DNA of 64,000 bases from Callorhinchus milii (GCF_018977255.1 NW_024704742.1:20276001-20340000); one strand, 5' to 3'. Shown: positions 14,234-27,589, counted from the first letter of the stretch. Notes: generated by a model not told the origin, from the letters alone. Numbers and translations: made by a program.

Positions 14234-15561
14234 CTGCAGCATCAAGAAAACAGAGAGAGCCAGAATATGATTAAAAAAAGGAAAACATACTGCTAAAATA
14301 TTAATTACAATAACCAAAAATGCCAGCATTGACAAGAGTCAGATATCAAGGATGATTTAGCACAAGAAAGACAGAAATAAATAATAGCTGTGTCATACAG
14401 AATATGCACATACAAGGTCACAACACATTACTAAATGGTCACCTCCAAAGACAAAAACAGAAAGACTAAAAAGGGATGCTGAGTTTCAACAGTTCATGTC
14501 ACTGGAAAGTAAATGAATGTCATTTTTTTGTATGTACCAAAGGTTATACCATTGAGAACATCCTTCCCAATTTTAGTTTGTCAACTTATTCAGGCTTCAC
14601 TTTAAAATATTCTATGATGAAAAGCATAAAACATGCCTTTGTGCAGCTGCACAACTTTGCAATGCAGTCCATGCAATTTCCCAGAGGAACCAAAATGAGC
14701 CGTCGATGTAGAACTGTACAGATACGGTATATAAAATTGAGCTAGCCAGCACTCGTAGCATTGATGCCAAATCTAAATGAATGCAAAACATCTGAAATAA
14801 GAGGGTGAAATATGCTTCTTAATGGAATCAGTAATTCTTCAATAACACACTGAGAGGCCTGAAATTCAACCTGGTCTTATCCTGTAAGAAAATAAGAGTT
14901 ACATGGAGTAATAGGGCACAGACCAGGCCACTTGGCTGACTAGTCCATTCTGGTGTTTATACTCCATACGAACCCCCATTCCTCCTATTCCCTCTACTAT
15001 ACAAGACATATAAAATCCTTTAAGACTGTTTACATCTTAAAAATGAGGGTACCACTGAATTGAGGAAAAATCTTCGGTCTCAATTTGGAACACTGAAATA
15101 AATTGCAAATTAAAACTGGATTTAAGAATTTTCTACAATGATGCACCATTTTAAACTTTACGACAAAACAGTCTTAACAGGCAAAGGCTGGGTGAAATGT
15201 AGGGACCTGAATCTGTTAAGAAATATAACTTTAAAAAAACACAATATCACATAAGACCTAATGTGACTCAAATTGACAATAAATTATAAATGCCCCTCAG
15301 AGAATCCATACGTGAACTTGAGATAATTAGCCTTTAACCTGCCAATAGTTATTACTTACCATGTGGTTTGCTGTATGTTGCCCCACTCAGTACTTTTGCT
15401 TAATTTTATTCAAACATACAGTACCTTCAGTTGAATCCTCTCTAAGTGTCTTCCTTTACTGTGTAACAGAAAGTGAGTCAATGTCCACCATATTCTCAGA
15501 TGATCAGCAACTCTTATGGAGTCCTGCATGTAGTGATGCTGTATGTGCGTATATGACATTC

Positions 15562-15832
15562 ATAATCCTTGCATTTGATATAGCGCTTTTTCACATCTTC
15601 TCGACTCTCAAAGCACTTCACAGAATATACTATAAAGTGAATTGACTGTATATTTGTGGGCGAAACGGGGAAGCCAATTGTGCATAGCAGTATCCCACAA
15701 ACAGTCGTGGATTGAAAATGACCAATTTATTATTGTTTTGTTTTTTGGAGGGATTATTATTAGGCGTGTGGAGTAAGGAAACTTGCTCAAGGTTTTGCTC
15801 TGCCTGGAATTGAATCCAGGTGTCTCGCTTCC
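15562..15832 (-). mobile_element. tRNA-SINE, 5'-truncated
   Basis: Reverse complement of the 17155 family. Confidence 0.85.
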
Positions 15833-15887
15833 CGCAGCAATGTATGTGTCTGATAATAACAGGAATAACTTAGAATAGCCACAGACC

Positions 15888-16085
15888 AGAATTTCCACTT
15901 GGTCCTGACCTGTAAGACTATTTTCCCTTAAAATTTAAGATGCACAGAATTGTGGAACATTCTTCAAATTCAGTCATTTTAAGAACTGCGTAAACCAACT
16001 TCCAAATTCAAATAGATTTTAAAAATTTTCCACAATGTGCACATTCTTAAATTTTGAGACAAACTTATTTTAGAGGCTAAGTCTA
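15888..16085. mobile_element. Old palindromic MITE-like repeat (related copies at ~14858-15190, ~20570-20750, ~30510-30725, ~36930-37040, ~50250-50470)
   Basis: Imperfect hairpin aaatttaagatgcacagaattgtggaa / ttccacaatgtgcacattcttaaattt; similar blocks recur across the window. Confidence 0.6.
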
Positions 16086-17154
16086 GGTGGGATTTTGGGA
16101 TTGTAGAGGGACCAATACTTAAAACTATTGTAAGTTAATGTCAGTACTGTATGTAAATATATATTTGTTATCGATTTTCTGGAGGAGGGGGAGGTGTTAC
16201 TTGTTACCAGGGTGTAAATTGTAATTTATAGAGAATAATTTTCAAACAGAGTGACACTTACAAGCTCACAAAATTGGTTTGGATAATAAAGGTCCTTTAG
16301 CCCATATGACCGCATCCCTTCAGAATGCCAGCCCTCTCATGCTCCCATCACACCATCAAGCTGATTTTTAAATGAAAGGTAAGAGGATGTAAGTAAATCA
16401 CAAAATATAAAAAGTTTGCTATTTCTTTGCAAATGGAAATAAATTAATGCCAGCAGATTCTAACTGCATCCTGCAATGTTTTAGAATTGTGAGACAAAAG
16501 CCCTTTAAGTGGATTCTGCTGCGTCTCTACATTTGAATGTTATTGTTTCCCCGTTGATAATGAGAATCATTAAAGCAAAGCAGAGATACTTTTATTGGTA
16601 ATTTTAACTGATGCCAGGAAACATTAATCATAGACAGATTGTACCTTTATTGGGAAGGGTAACTTATTAACAGATCATTAAAAGAAATTAGAATTAGAAT
16701 CTGCTCACCTGGCTTGCCAAGAGTATACTGAAACCAAATGTTCAATAACTGGCTTTGTACATTGCCAGAATTAAATTGGTTTCTTGGTTGCACTGCTTTG
16801 AGGGCTTTCTCGTAGGCATGAGGTAAAATGTATTGAATGCCAGTTTGTCACGTTAATTTAAAAGAATATCTTGTACTTCCACAAAGTCACAAGATTGGTT
16901 TGGATGAATAAGATTATTCGACCCATCTGATTTCATCCGTCCAGAATGCCTAGCCTATCATCTTTCTTCCCATCACAGCATCAAGCTGCTTTTTAAGACT
17001 CCTAGACTCATTTTAAATTCAATATTAAATTCAATATTAATTTGCCACCCTTCCCAGCAACCTATTCCAGTCATTAATTACCCTCTGAATAAATAAAAAC
17101 CTTCCTGGAATCGCCCTTCTTAAATCTAAACCTATGTTCTCATTTTCTCATGTT

Positions 17155-17484
17155 GTGGAGTCCTGTAGCTCAGTGGTTAGAGCACTCGCTTTGCAAGCGA
17201 GAGACCTGAGTTCAATTCCAGGCAGGTCAGGGCGAAACCTTGGGCAAGTTTCCTTATTCCACACAGAGCCTAATAATAATCCCTCCAAAAAACAAAACAA
17301 TAATAAATTGGTCATTTTCAATCTATAACTGTTTGTGGGACATTGCTGTGCGCAATTGGCTGCCGCGTTCGCCCACAAATATACAGTCAACTCACTTTAC
17401 AGTATATTCTGTGAAGCGCTTTGGGACGTCCTCCCGACGTGAAAAGCGCTATATCAAATGCAAGGATTATTATTATTATTATTA
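17155..17484 (+). mobile_element. Full-length young tRNA(Ala-TGC-like)-derived SINE with L2-type tail
   Basis: A box tagctcagtggttagagc, anticodon arm ctcgc-tttgcaa-gcgag, B box gagttcaattcc, tail gcgctttgggacgtcctcccgacgtgaaaagcgctatatcaaatgcaagg(att)n. Confidence 0.92.
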
Positions 17485-17699
17485 CTGTCTTTAGTTCAGC
17501 TGTTACCAGTTGTAATAAGATTTGAGTCGGAAAGAGTTGAGAAGTGGAACAATGTTTCTCAGCCAGTGCTAAATAGTGCTTATTTAGTGCTAAATAAGTT
17601 TTTTGCATCAGTCTTTACCAAGGTGCTTGATAGTTTTTGAGCACCTTGTGCTTCAGTGCTTAATAATGTTAAAGACACAATGCTAAATTAACACTTATT

Positions 17700-19508
17700 T
17701 AGTGCTAAATACGTGTTTTTTGTATCAGTCTTTACCAAGGAAGAGACGGGTAACCTATCTGATCTGGAAAGCGAACTCAAGGATGTCGCAGAGAATACTT
17801 GCGACACTATTCATATCATTACCAGCATGGTTGTCAAACAGCTGTGTAAACGTAAGGTAAATAAATCTCAGGGGCCAGATTAATTGCATCCGAGGATCCG
17901 TAAGGAACTAAGGGAGGAAGTCGCAGAAACGCTGGCACAAATCTTTCTAAAATCATTGAATACTGGAGAGGTGCCGGGGAACTGGAGAAAGGCAGATGTT
18001 ACTCCTATTTTTAAGAAAGGTAACACAAGTGACCCAGGAAACTACAGACCAGTATGTTTGACGGCCAATGTGGAGTCCTGTAGCTCAGTGGTTAGAGCAC
18101 TCGCTTTGCAAGTGAGAGACCTGAGTTCAATTCCAGGCAGGTCAGGGCGAAACCTTGGGCAAGTTTTCTTACTCCAGACAGAGCCTAATAATAATCCATC
18201 CAAAGAACCAAAAACAATAATAAATTGGTCATTTTCAATCTACGACTGTTTGTGGGACATTGCTGTGCGCAATTGGCTGCCGCGTTCGCCCACAAATATA
18301 CAATCAATTCACTTTACAGTGTGTTCTGTGAAGCGCTTTGGGACTTCCTCCCGACGTGAAAAGCGCTATATCAAATGCAAGGATTATTATTATTAATGTG
18401 GGTAAAATTATGGAGATTCTTATTATGGATAAAATCATGGAGCATTTGGATAGAAATAATTCCATAAATGATAGCCAATATGGGTTAATGAAGGGAATGT
18501 CTTGCCAATCTAATTTACTGGTTTTCTTTGACGTTGTGACAAGGGAACTTGATAAGGGTAAGGCTGTGAATGTTGTATATCTGATTTCAGGAAGGACTTT
18601 GATACAGTTCCTCTTGAGTGACTGGTACTGAAAGTAAAGAAAGCAGGAATCAGTGGAAGTATATTACAATGGACATGCAATTGGTTGACCAGAAGAACCC
18701 AGAGGGTGGTGGTACAGGGAATATCATCAGACTGGGAAAATGATACCGGTGTAGTTCCACAAGGGTCTGTTTTGGGACCTCTTTTATCTAATATTTTTAT
18801 AAATGATCTGGAACTAGGAGTCATAAGCACAGTGGCTAAGTTTGCTGATGACACCAAGCTAATGAAAGTGGTAGATTGCGAAGCTGAACAAAATGGCTAC
18901 AGGAAGATTTGAACATTCTTGAGAATTGGGCAGATCGGTGGCAGATGAAATTCAATGTGGAGAAATGTAAAGTACTTCACGTAGGCACAAAAAAATCACG
19001 GAAGGGACTATTATTTGAACGGAAGTAAATAATATGTATGGAAAATGAAAAGGACCTCGGAGTCCTGATTGACAATAAATTGAAGCTCTTGCAACGGTGC
19101 TCTGTGGCAGTGTGTAAAGCAAACCAGATGTTCGGATGTATCAAAAAAGTATCAAAAGGAAAGCAACCAAAATGATTGAGGGAATTGAAGAACTGGACCA
19201 TGAGGAGCGACTAAGTATATTGAGCATGTTCACGCTAGAAAAGAGAAGATTGAGAGGTGACGTGATTGCTGTCTTTAAGATTCTACAAGGGCAAGACATT
19301 ATAGATCACGACAGGCTGCTCAGGCAGTGTTGATTCTTTCAATCACAGATTAGATAGCTTGCTTTTAGGAAATAACATTTTGGGATATAGTAAATAGGTA
19401 GTTTGGGACATATGTGCATGCAACTGCCAGGAAGGTGGAGGTGCACTAGATGGACCTTGGTCTTTTTTCGTCTGTCACTTCTTATGTTCTCATGTCCTTA
19501 TGTTCTTA
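17700..19508 (+). mobile_element. CR1 LINE, 5'-truncated, frameshifted ORF2 (RT), interrupted by a SINE
   Basis: Motifs NWRKADVTPIFKKG..PGNYRPV, VPQGSVLGPLL, KFADDTKL, LEKRRLRGD; tail cttatgttctcatgtccttatgttctta. Confidence 0.93.
18070..18394 (+). mobile_element. Full-length tRNA-SINE nested in CR1 ORF2
   Basis: Near-identical to the 17155 copy; splits CR1 LTANV|GKIME; AATGTGG repeated at 18067-18073 and 18395-18401. Confidence 0.92.
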
Positions 19509-20916
19509 ATACAGTCCACATTGGACTGAAAGATTCCCTTACAACTTCAATACCGGACTCTTAGTTATCCTCGGGCTTAACAATAGCCACTAAAATAAGC
19601 AGCTTCTGACAAAATGAATAGAATCCATTTTTGAGATAGTAAAAAGGGAAAAATTGCTAAATGTAATTGTGTTTTATTTCTTTGCTGCTCATGGATCCTG
19701 TTTGTCAACTACTTATAATTGTGCATCATGTGAAGAAACACTCCATGTTATTTTTCTTTTGTAGGTCAGGCAATTCACATTGAACCGTAATCTCCATTAA
19801 TGTGCGATTAGATGGGGCTATCCACCTCTAATCTCTGTAATAGCTTTACAGTCTTTGGTTAATGTTATACAGATAGGTCCATACATCTAAAGCTAGCATG
19901 CCAGTGACCAGATGCATAAACTCGTACTCATACGGAAATAATTTACTAACATTTATAGATCTCCCAAACTACATTTGATTCAATTTCACAAAAGTAGAAA
20001 TCTAATTTAATTCAAAAGACTTTCACAAAATTACTTCTCTCAATGATAGATTTTTTTTCAATTCAATAGCAAGCGACATTACTTTGCTGGGTGTAAAAGT
20101 GATATAATTTAGAACCACAATTCTGACATATTGTAATTTGTACCCGTCCATTTGAGGACTAATTTCTTATGTCTTACAACCACTGATACACAATTACATC
20201 TTGCAAGCCGAAACTCTTAACAGGTAAGGTATTCTTAGCTGTCCAAGGAGTAGGAAGCTTGTCAGACAGTGCTCCCAATGGAAAGCTATGTGGTTTTGTC
20301 TGATTAAACACCAGCAGTACACTGTCATACACTCCTGGGGGTCCCTAAAGCTTGGACCTCATCAACCTGTGCCTAATACAATCTGGAATTAGGTAAGCAG
20401 GTGTATCCCTCCAAGGAGAGAGGGCACATTCCAGTCCAGACACAGAGAAATTTCCATATCCAAAGAGTTCCAAATATGACATTGTATTTAGAACTGTTTA
20501 GGTACTCTTAAGCATGGTGATGGCTTTCTGCACATGTCAATATTCCAGCTTCCCCCCCAAAAAAAAAGTATGGTTTAAGATTATGAGATGCTTTGAAAAG
20601 CAATCTTAAATTTAATATTAACTTGAAAGCTAAGTTTCCAAAATAACACACAATGCCTCCCCTCCGCAACTCCATGAACATTGGTTTCCAAATGAAATCT
20701 GAATTGAAGGCTATTTTCCAAACTTCTGCACTCATTTTTTAAAGGCAAAGGTCTAACTTCTATGAACCTGAGAAATGTCAGCTCACTGAAGGATAAACAA
20801 ATGAATATCAAGTCTAGTTTGCTGATCTCTTGTTCTGGTAGGAGACAAATTTAAAATACATCTGGATCAGAGCTCTCAAAATCTATATAAACTTTAAACT
20901 AGGTAACAGATTGGTA

Positions 20917-21290
20917 CAACAACAACTTGCATTTGTATAGCGCCCTTCATTTCAGCATCTCAGAGTGCTCTATAATGGCAGGATGGATGCTTAGAAGGAG
21001 TTGGAGGGGGAGAGACAGGGGAAAAGAAGGTGATCCTAGACAAGATTGAAGAAGGAGGCTTTAAAATGGGCTGTGAAGACAGATAGAGAGGGGACAAGAT
21101 GGAGGGGGCGAGGGAGGGTGTTTAAGGGGATAGGGAATTAGAATCGGAAAGTTCGGCCACCAATAGTGATACAGGGGCTGTGTGGCAAGTCTGAGTTAGC
21201 TGATGAGAGGTTGTGAGCATTAGAGGGGGGTAGGTGGAGATCAGAAAGATATGGAGGTGCTAGGGTGTGAAGGACGTTCAGCAATACAAA
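20917..21290 (-). mobile_element. Degraded L2 3' fragment
   Basis: (caa)n cttgcatttgtatagcgccc tail; ORF 21138..21407 contains LHTLAPPYLSDL. Confidence 0.7.
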
Positions 21291-21825
21291 AATCCTTAGC
21301 AGTGCAAATTTTGGAGGTAAATCTATTTGCAGGAACTTGGAAGAACACAGGAATAGGAGGAGGCTATTCAGCCTGTCGAGCTTGATAAGAAGCATAATGT
21401 TCCTCACACATTTTCATTCAACTGCTTACAAATGCGTAATTTTACAAACAAACAGCAGTGTCATCGATAAATCAAGAAAAGTCTGTTACTTCTTTGTAAG
21501 CTGCTACTAATGACATGTTTTAAAATCTGCTAATAGTAACTGTCATGACACATGTGTCTTGGTGTGACATTTGAACTCTGCTTCTGTGTGAGATTCTATC
21601 TCAATTTGATGGTATCTCTTAAGAGCGTATTATTGAAGATATTGATCCAACTGCAGTCAGAGTATTATCAATCTTTTCCTACTTAAGTGTCAGCTGTAAT
21701 ATAACGCTTCATAGGTCCAGTGTCTTCCGTGTGGTTCAGATCACCCAGTTCATTGTGAGGAAAACTGATGATTTGTGACAAACTATCAGCCAGGAATCAG
21801 TTCCAACTCACATAGTCTAAGATGG

Positions 21826-22466
21826 CATGCCGTCCTTTGGATGAAATGTTAAACTGAGGTTCTATCTACCTGTCCAGGTGGATATTAAAAATTCCATGGC
21901 ACTATGTGAAAAGAGGAGGAGGTTTCTCCTGGTGTTCTAGCCAACAATCCACCAAGTAAAATTGTTCACTCACTCCATGGCTGATTGTGAAACATCGCTG
22001 TGTACAAAGTGGCTGCTGCATTTCAGCCACAAAATACAGTCACACCTCCAAAGTATACATGTGAAGCATTTTGAGACATCTCTACAACATGATAATAATA
22101 TAATAATAATCCTTGCATTTGATATAATGCCTTATCATGTCTTCGAGACGTTTCAAAGCGCTTCATAGCATATAATAATAATAATAATAATCCTTGCATT
22201 TGATATAGCGCTTTTCACGTCAGGAGGACGTTCCAAAGCGCTTCACAGAACACACTGTAAAGTGAATTGACTGTATATTTGTGGGCGAACGCGGCAGCCA
22301 ATTGCGCACAGCAGTGTCCCACAAGCAACCGGGTTACTATTACTCCTAGGTAAACAGAGGAGTCTGGAGCAAGGAAATTTGCCCAACGTTTCACCCTGCC
22401 CGGGAATCAAACCACTAAGCTACAGGACTTCACAAGGCACCATATCAAATGCAAGGATTATTATTG
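21826..22466 (+). mobile_element. Old Deu-domain SINE whose tail is split by two minus-strand young SINE insertions (22095-22166, 22174-22432)
   Basis: Deu block tgccgtcctttggatgaaatgttaaactgagg..ccaggtggatattaaaaattccatggcactat. The tail breaks at ..ctacaacatgat and resumes aaggcaccatatcaaatgcaagg at 22433. Confidence 0.75.
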
Positions 22467-22591
22467 TTTTCATAACTCATCCATAAGTTACCAGCATGTA
22501 TTTAGAGTGTGTGAACATACTTAAGGTAGTTCACATGGAATGGCAGTATTTAAGGTAATGATAGGATAATTGGTGAGGAACCAACACTGGT

Positions 22592-22886
22592 AATAATCCT
22601 TGCATTTGATATAGCGCTTTTCACGTCTTCTCGACGTCTCAAAGCGCTTCACAGAATAGACTGTAAAGTGAATTGACCATATATTTGTGGGTGAAAAACG
22701 GCAGCCAATTGCGCACAGCAGTGTCCCACAAACAGTCATTGATTGAAAATGACCAATTTATTATTGTTTTTTTATGAGGGATTATTAATAGGCATGTGGA
22801 AACTTACTCAAGGTTTCACCCTGTCTGGAATTGAACCAGATGTCTCGCTTGCAAGGCGAGTGCTCTAACAACTGAGCTACAGGGCT
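22592..22886 (-). mobile_element. Near full-length tRNA-SINE
   Basis: Reverse complement of the 17155 family including the tRNA head (..tgctctaacaactgagctacaggg). Confidence 0.88.
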
Positions 22887-24211
22887 GGGTAGGTTGTTGG
22901 ATGATTCGAGGACATGAGACCCTTGAATTTAAGATTATAACTAGCAGCATGAATGGGAAAGTTAAGATCTTTCCTCTAAGAGGATTATCAGAATAAGAAA
23001 TGATTTGCCAGAGCTAGGTATTGGAGAAGAGTCAATTGGAACATTCAATATGGAATTAAATAAGCAGAAGAAGGGTATTATTGAGAAAGAGCAGGGAATT
23101 GGTATTAGAATAGACAATTAATTGGAGGAACAAATACTGACATTAAATTGATGTGTCAATGGCCTCCCACTGTGTCATAGATTTCCAAGGTTTTATGGAG
23201 TCAAGTACGTATTTGCAAACTCTCCTCTTTCGCTGCTCCAACACAGTAACTGTAAACCTATAATTCACCAGTACGATGGTTACCTTGGCTGCACCAATCC
23301 TTGTGTTTTGATGAACAAAATGCTCCAATTAATGCCCAATTTGGATAATTTTGTGCTGTCGATCAGCATTAGGCATTAAGCGCGTAAAGCTGGATGCTAC
23401 CCCGTATGAATGGTGCTATATAAATGTAAGTTGTTGTTGTACGTTGTGAAACAGATTGTTGATTTTGGTTGAATATGAACTCATCTCTCTTTGTTCAATT
23501 GTTGACTGAATGAAGTTCTAATCTACTGAATCATCCGCAAGGAGCAATACTGGTCTGTTTTGTCAGAAAATGCGAAAATCAACGTTAGACACACAAGCAA
23601 TGTTTTATGGCCCAAGCTGCTTTGTTCTATGTTCATTTTCAATCTAGAAATCATGCTGATTGGTTTAATTGCTAGCAGATGTCTCTCAAGTGCTACACAT
23701 TTGGTGGGAAACTGCACATCTCCAGCAGGACTCTTCCTTGGTTCCCTCTGCTACACGTAGCTGCTCAATGTTCAACAGTATTGCCATTGACAGAAACAAC
23801 TTGCCCATCTCCAGTGCAGAACACATCAGCACGTCATGAATGGCTCTGTCTGCATTGTACAGTGATGACAGACAAATTAATCAGCATGTTATTTCAGAAA
23901 ACTTATGAGCACTAAGATATATTGTCGACAGCATACCCTCAGCTTGACCCTGCCTAAAGACGTGTCTCCTTGTCTGCGCTTGAGTATTATGGAGGGATGA
24001 CATCTGATGAGCTGAAGTGCCTTCTTCATCCAAACCAATCTTGTGATCTTGCAATATAATACCATTTAAAAGATCAGAATACACTGTAAATCTAAATTTG
24101 GATTTACCAAATGCCCTGGCCTGAATACCTGGCCAACAATCCCCCAGATAAAATTAGTCATTCACTTCATGTCTGTTTGTGGGGCATTTCTGTGCTCTAA
24201 TTAACATTCAA

Positions 24212-24860
24212 CAATAACAATTTACATTTGTATAGAGCCTTTCACGTTGGGAGAACATCCCAAGGCACTGGACAGTCAGGGATGTGGACTCGAGCAGGAG
24301 GTTAGGATGCTCGCTCGAAGAGGATGGTCTTTAGAAGTGCTTTTAAGGAGGCAAGGGAGGCAGCAAGACATAAGGACTGTGAGATGGAGTTCCAGAAGGT
24401 AGGGCAGAGAAACTGAAGGAGTTGGTGCTGTCAAGTTTAGATGTGGTAAATGCGTGGGTGAGAGTTTCAGCAGCCTGAGCGAAGAGGGAGTGGCGGAAAC
24501 AGGCGAGGTTGCGGAGGTGGGGAAGGCAGAGCGGGTCATGGCACAGATGTGGGGCGGAAAGGATAGTTGAAGGACAAACAAAATGCCAAGGTTCCGGACT
24601 GGCTCAGTGCGGTGCAGTGTGAAACCCTGGATGTTGATGCTACCAGTGCCTTAGGTGTGGAGGAGCTGACGGGAGCCAATCAGGAGAGCCTCAGTCTTGT
24701 TGACATTCAACTGTAGAAAGTTAGCTCTCATCCAGGACTTGATGTCTGACAGATATTCTGTCAGGACAGCAGTGGTCCTGGAGTCGAGGGTGGAGGCAGA
24801 GAGGTAGAGTTGGATGTCATCCCCATACATGTGGAAATTGACTCCATGTCTGTGGATGTT
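24212..24860 (-). mobile_element. L2 LINE fragment with internal deletion
   Basis: Reverse strand gives FHMYGDDIQLYLS..DIKSWMRANFLQLNVNKTE (RT YADD region) and the L2 tail. Confidence 0.82.
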
Positions 24861-27589
24861 AGCCTGCCTCAGTTTATAGGTAGGACTCTTACCTCTGAAT
24901 CAGAATGTTATGGGTTCAAGCCTCAAATTGGGACTTGGAAGCTCTATGTTGGGATATTGAACTCATATAGTCCAGGTTGACACGCCAATGTAGTGCTACT
25001 TTGTTGGAGATGCTGAGTTTGCTAACAAAATGCCCAATAAATCCTGTGAAGTGTTTTGAGTTGTCCTCCAGAATGTAAGGCACAAGAGGAAATGCAATGA
25101 TGACTATTATTAATAAATCCTGTGAAGCATTTTGACATGTTTTGAAAACATGCTAAAGCACTGTATCAAATGCACGGAACTGAAATATGTCTACCATGGC
25201 ACCCATGGCCTCAGGATTCAATGTGAAACAACAAACTGGCAGCGGAGTGCAGGTTGGTGAAAATTAAAGATGAGAAGAAATTTGTGGCATTTCATGATGC
25301 ATTCGTTGTGCTAACTAAAAGCATATGAATAAAGTGCACTGCGTTTTTCTGATCTGAAACTAAAGGAAAATCTGAAGTGAAATGTGTAGAACAATATGTT
25401 GCAATACTTGTATAAGACACTGACATTTAGAGCTACAGTTGCTGAAAGCAAAATCAATTCACATCACATCCAGCAGGTTTCACTTTGACAACGACCACGT
25501 GAATTTAAGTTGCAAACGTTTATTTCTGCCACCGGGACAAAATCTTAATTTATTGAAAATTTTTATGATGTAAAACTCTTAATTACACCACAAGCAGAGC
25601 AAAGGACCCATTTAGACATGGTGTTTTATAGAGTATCTGCATTAAGGAGGGAACCACATGTGTCTTAGAAATGTCTGTAGTTAGAGAACAGCACTGCACA
25701 AAAACACAAGTGCCATCGGCCCCAGGAAGTGAGTGCACACTCCAAAACAATCACGCAAAATTCTATTGTTATGGGGTTTTCAGTAGCTTGAGCACACTAT
25801 GGCTTTTCTGAAATGTGCCAGGCACCCAGCTGAGCATTCATTGCTGCTAAGTTAGTAATCGTTTGTAGATTCCTTTGATAATTTGTTTAGCTACAGCATC
25901 TGCGAGCCATGCACAAAAACAGTCAAATTTTAAAAAAAGCTCTTCCGTTAAAGTAATTAGTCTCCATATGAGAGGGAAGGGATGATGACTTCTCCTCAGC
26001 TTCCACCTATATCATTCTTGAACCAGCCATTAAGAGGCTGTGATTCCCACAAATAATTTATTTGTGCTTATGTAAGCTTCAAATACGTTTGCTTATAACA
26101 GCGAAATCCCATTGTCTGCAGAAGCGAGTGTGAGAAACTCTGACATCTAGTTTGTCAGTCACTGCTGATGCCACTTAGTGCACCTTGCACAGAGTAAGTA
26201 AGGTTAGTGGAATTCTGACAGTCTTGTAGTTGGTAATTTTATGGTGTGGGAAGCTGGTGAATTAGTATCAGGCCTTGGTACACCACGTTTCCAGATAATG
26301 TAGTAAACCTGTGCATTAGGCAGCTCCATTACGAAGGGTGCTATGATGGGATTCTCCTGTAATATCTTCTAGACTGGAGAATAGAGGGAACGTTCACTTT
26401 TATTATGTCTCTTGCTATACTGTACAGAAATGAAAGTGAGATTGAAAGTGAGGATTTGTTGTTGGCTAAAGTCACTTTGGAGGCAAGAGGATGAATATTT
26501 TCTGAGGCGATGTGTATTTCCCTGCATTGCAAAACCGTCTTTGGTTTTATTTCACGTTCCAAGTGAGAGGCTTACTCACAATAACTATAAAGCTGTTACT
26601 CTGGCAACACTGATCACTGTGTGTTACGGGAACAACCAGTGACACCAGGCAGAAGGCATCACACCTGATAAATAGACCTATAGAACGACAAGTAAAATAT
26701 ACGCCATGCTTCAAGCAATACTTCAAGCAAAACATGCAAACGTGCAAATTCCAATGATCTAATTTGAACAGCAGAACCGTGAGGTTAAAGAGCAGTGGAT
26801 ATGAAAGTGAAGCATATCTTTGCTGATCCTGAGTTCACTCATTGTGTACATACTGTTTGAAGTGTTTTACTGATTCAGCTCTGTGGAAACTATCAGAAAT
26901 GTAAATTGCCCCAATCTAACATAAGAGAAACCAACATACACTAAAATCATCAATACTTTCTTTTTGATATGGTGTTCATTAGCAAATCAAATAGTTATTT
27001 CTTGAAGCGATCCCTGAGGAAGGGCTTAAGTATTAATTATTCTTTTCTATTTACACTGTCCCAGAAGAATTGTAATGATGTATCTGATTGCCTTTAATTA
27101 TCCTTCTGCACAACAGTGAATAAAAACCTGTTACTTTAAACAGCTCCACACTACGAAAGCCTTAAAGTATCCGCAGAATGTATGATGGTATTATTCTTAG
27201 CTTAACATCTGTTTAGGTAGAGGCAGTGTTTAAATTTGGAAATGAATGTCAAAAGTAAGGTGTTCTGTGTGAAAATACATCAGGATAATAAAACACTAGA
27301 AGCAATTCTTCCATATGCATCAGCATATTGTGAAAATACGTAAGTAGCACCGCTATTTGATTTTTTTTATTCTCTGACATTCTCAATATAAATTATCCTT
27401 GAGCCGTTCTTTCTTGCAGCGTCGTTTTATTACAATATAGACCTTTGTACTGTATGTTTCAATTTCTGATTCTTCATCATTAATAACTGAAACTTCATTC
27501 GTTTATTGATTTGGTTTGTTAACGTTTGTGATCAGGGTGAGAGATATCAGTGTTGATGACTGAAATGACATAATTCCAACACCACCATT

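Noticed and set aside
17157..17230. tRNA-Ala(TGC) gene (also at 18072 and 46300-46368)
   Set aside because: No proper acceptor stem or T-run terminator; it continues into a SINE body and tail and recurs as a dispersed repeat.
17240..17494. Recurrent ORFs ending KRYIKCKDYYY (also 2050, 22521, 46011)
   Set aside because: Translations of SINE copies, not a protein family.
17884..19333. Functional reverse transcriptase gene
   Set aside because: 5'-truncated CR1 with stops, frameshifts, deletions and a SINE insertion.
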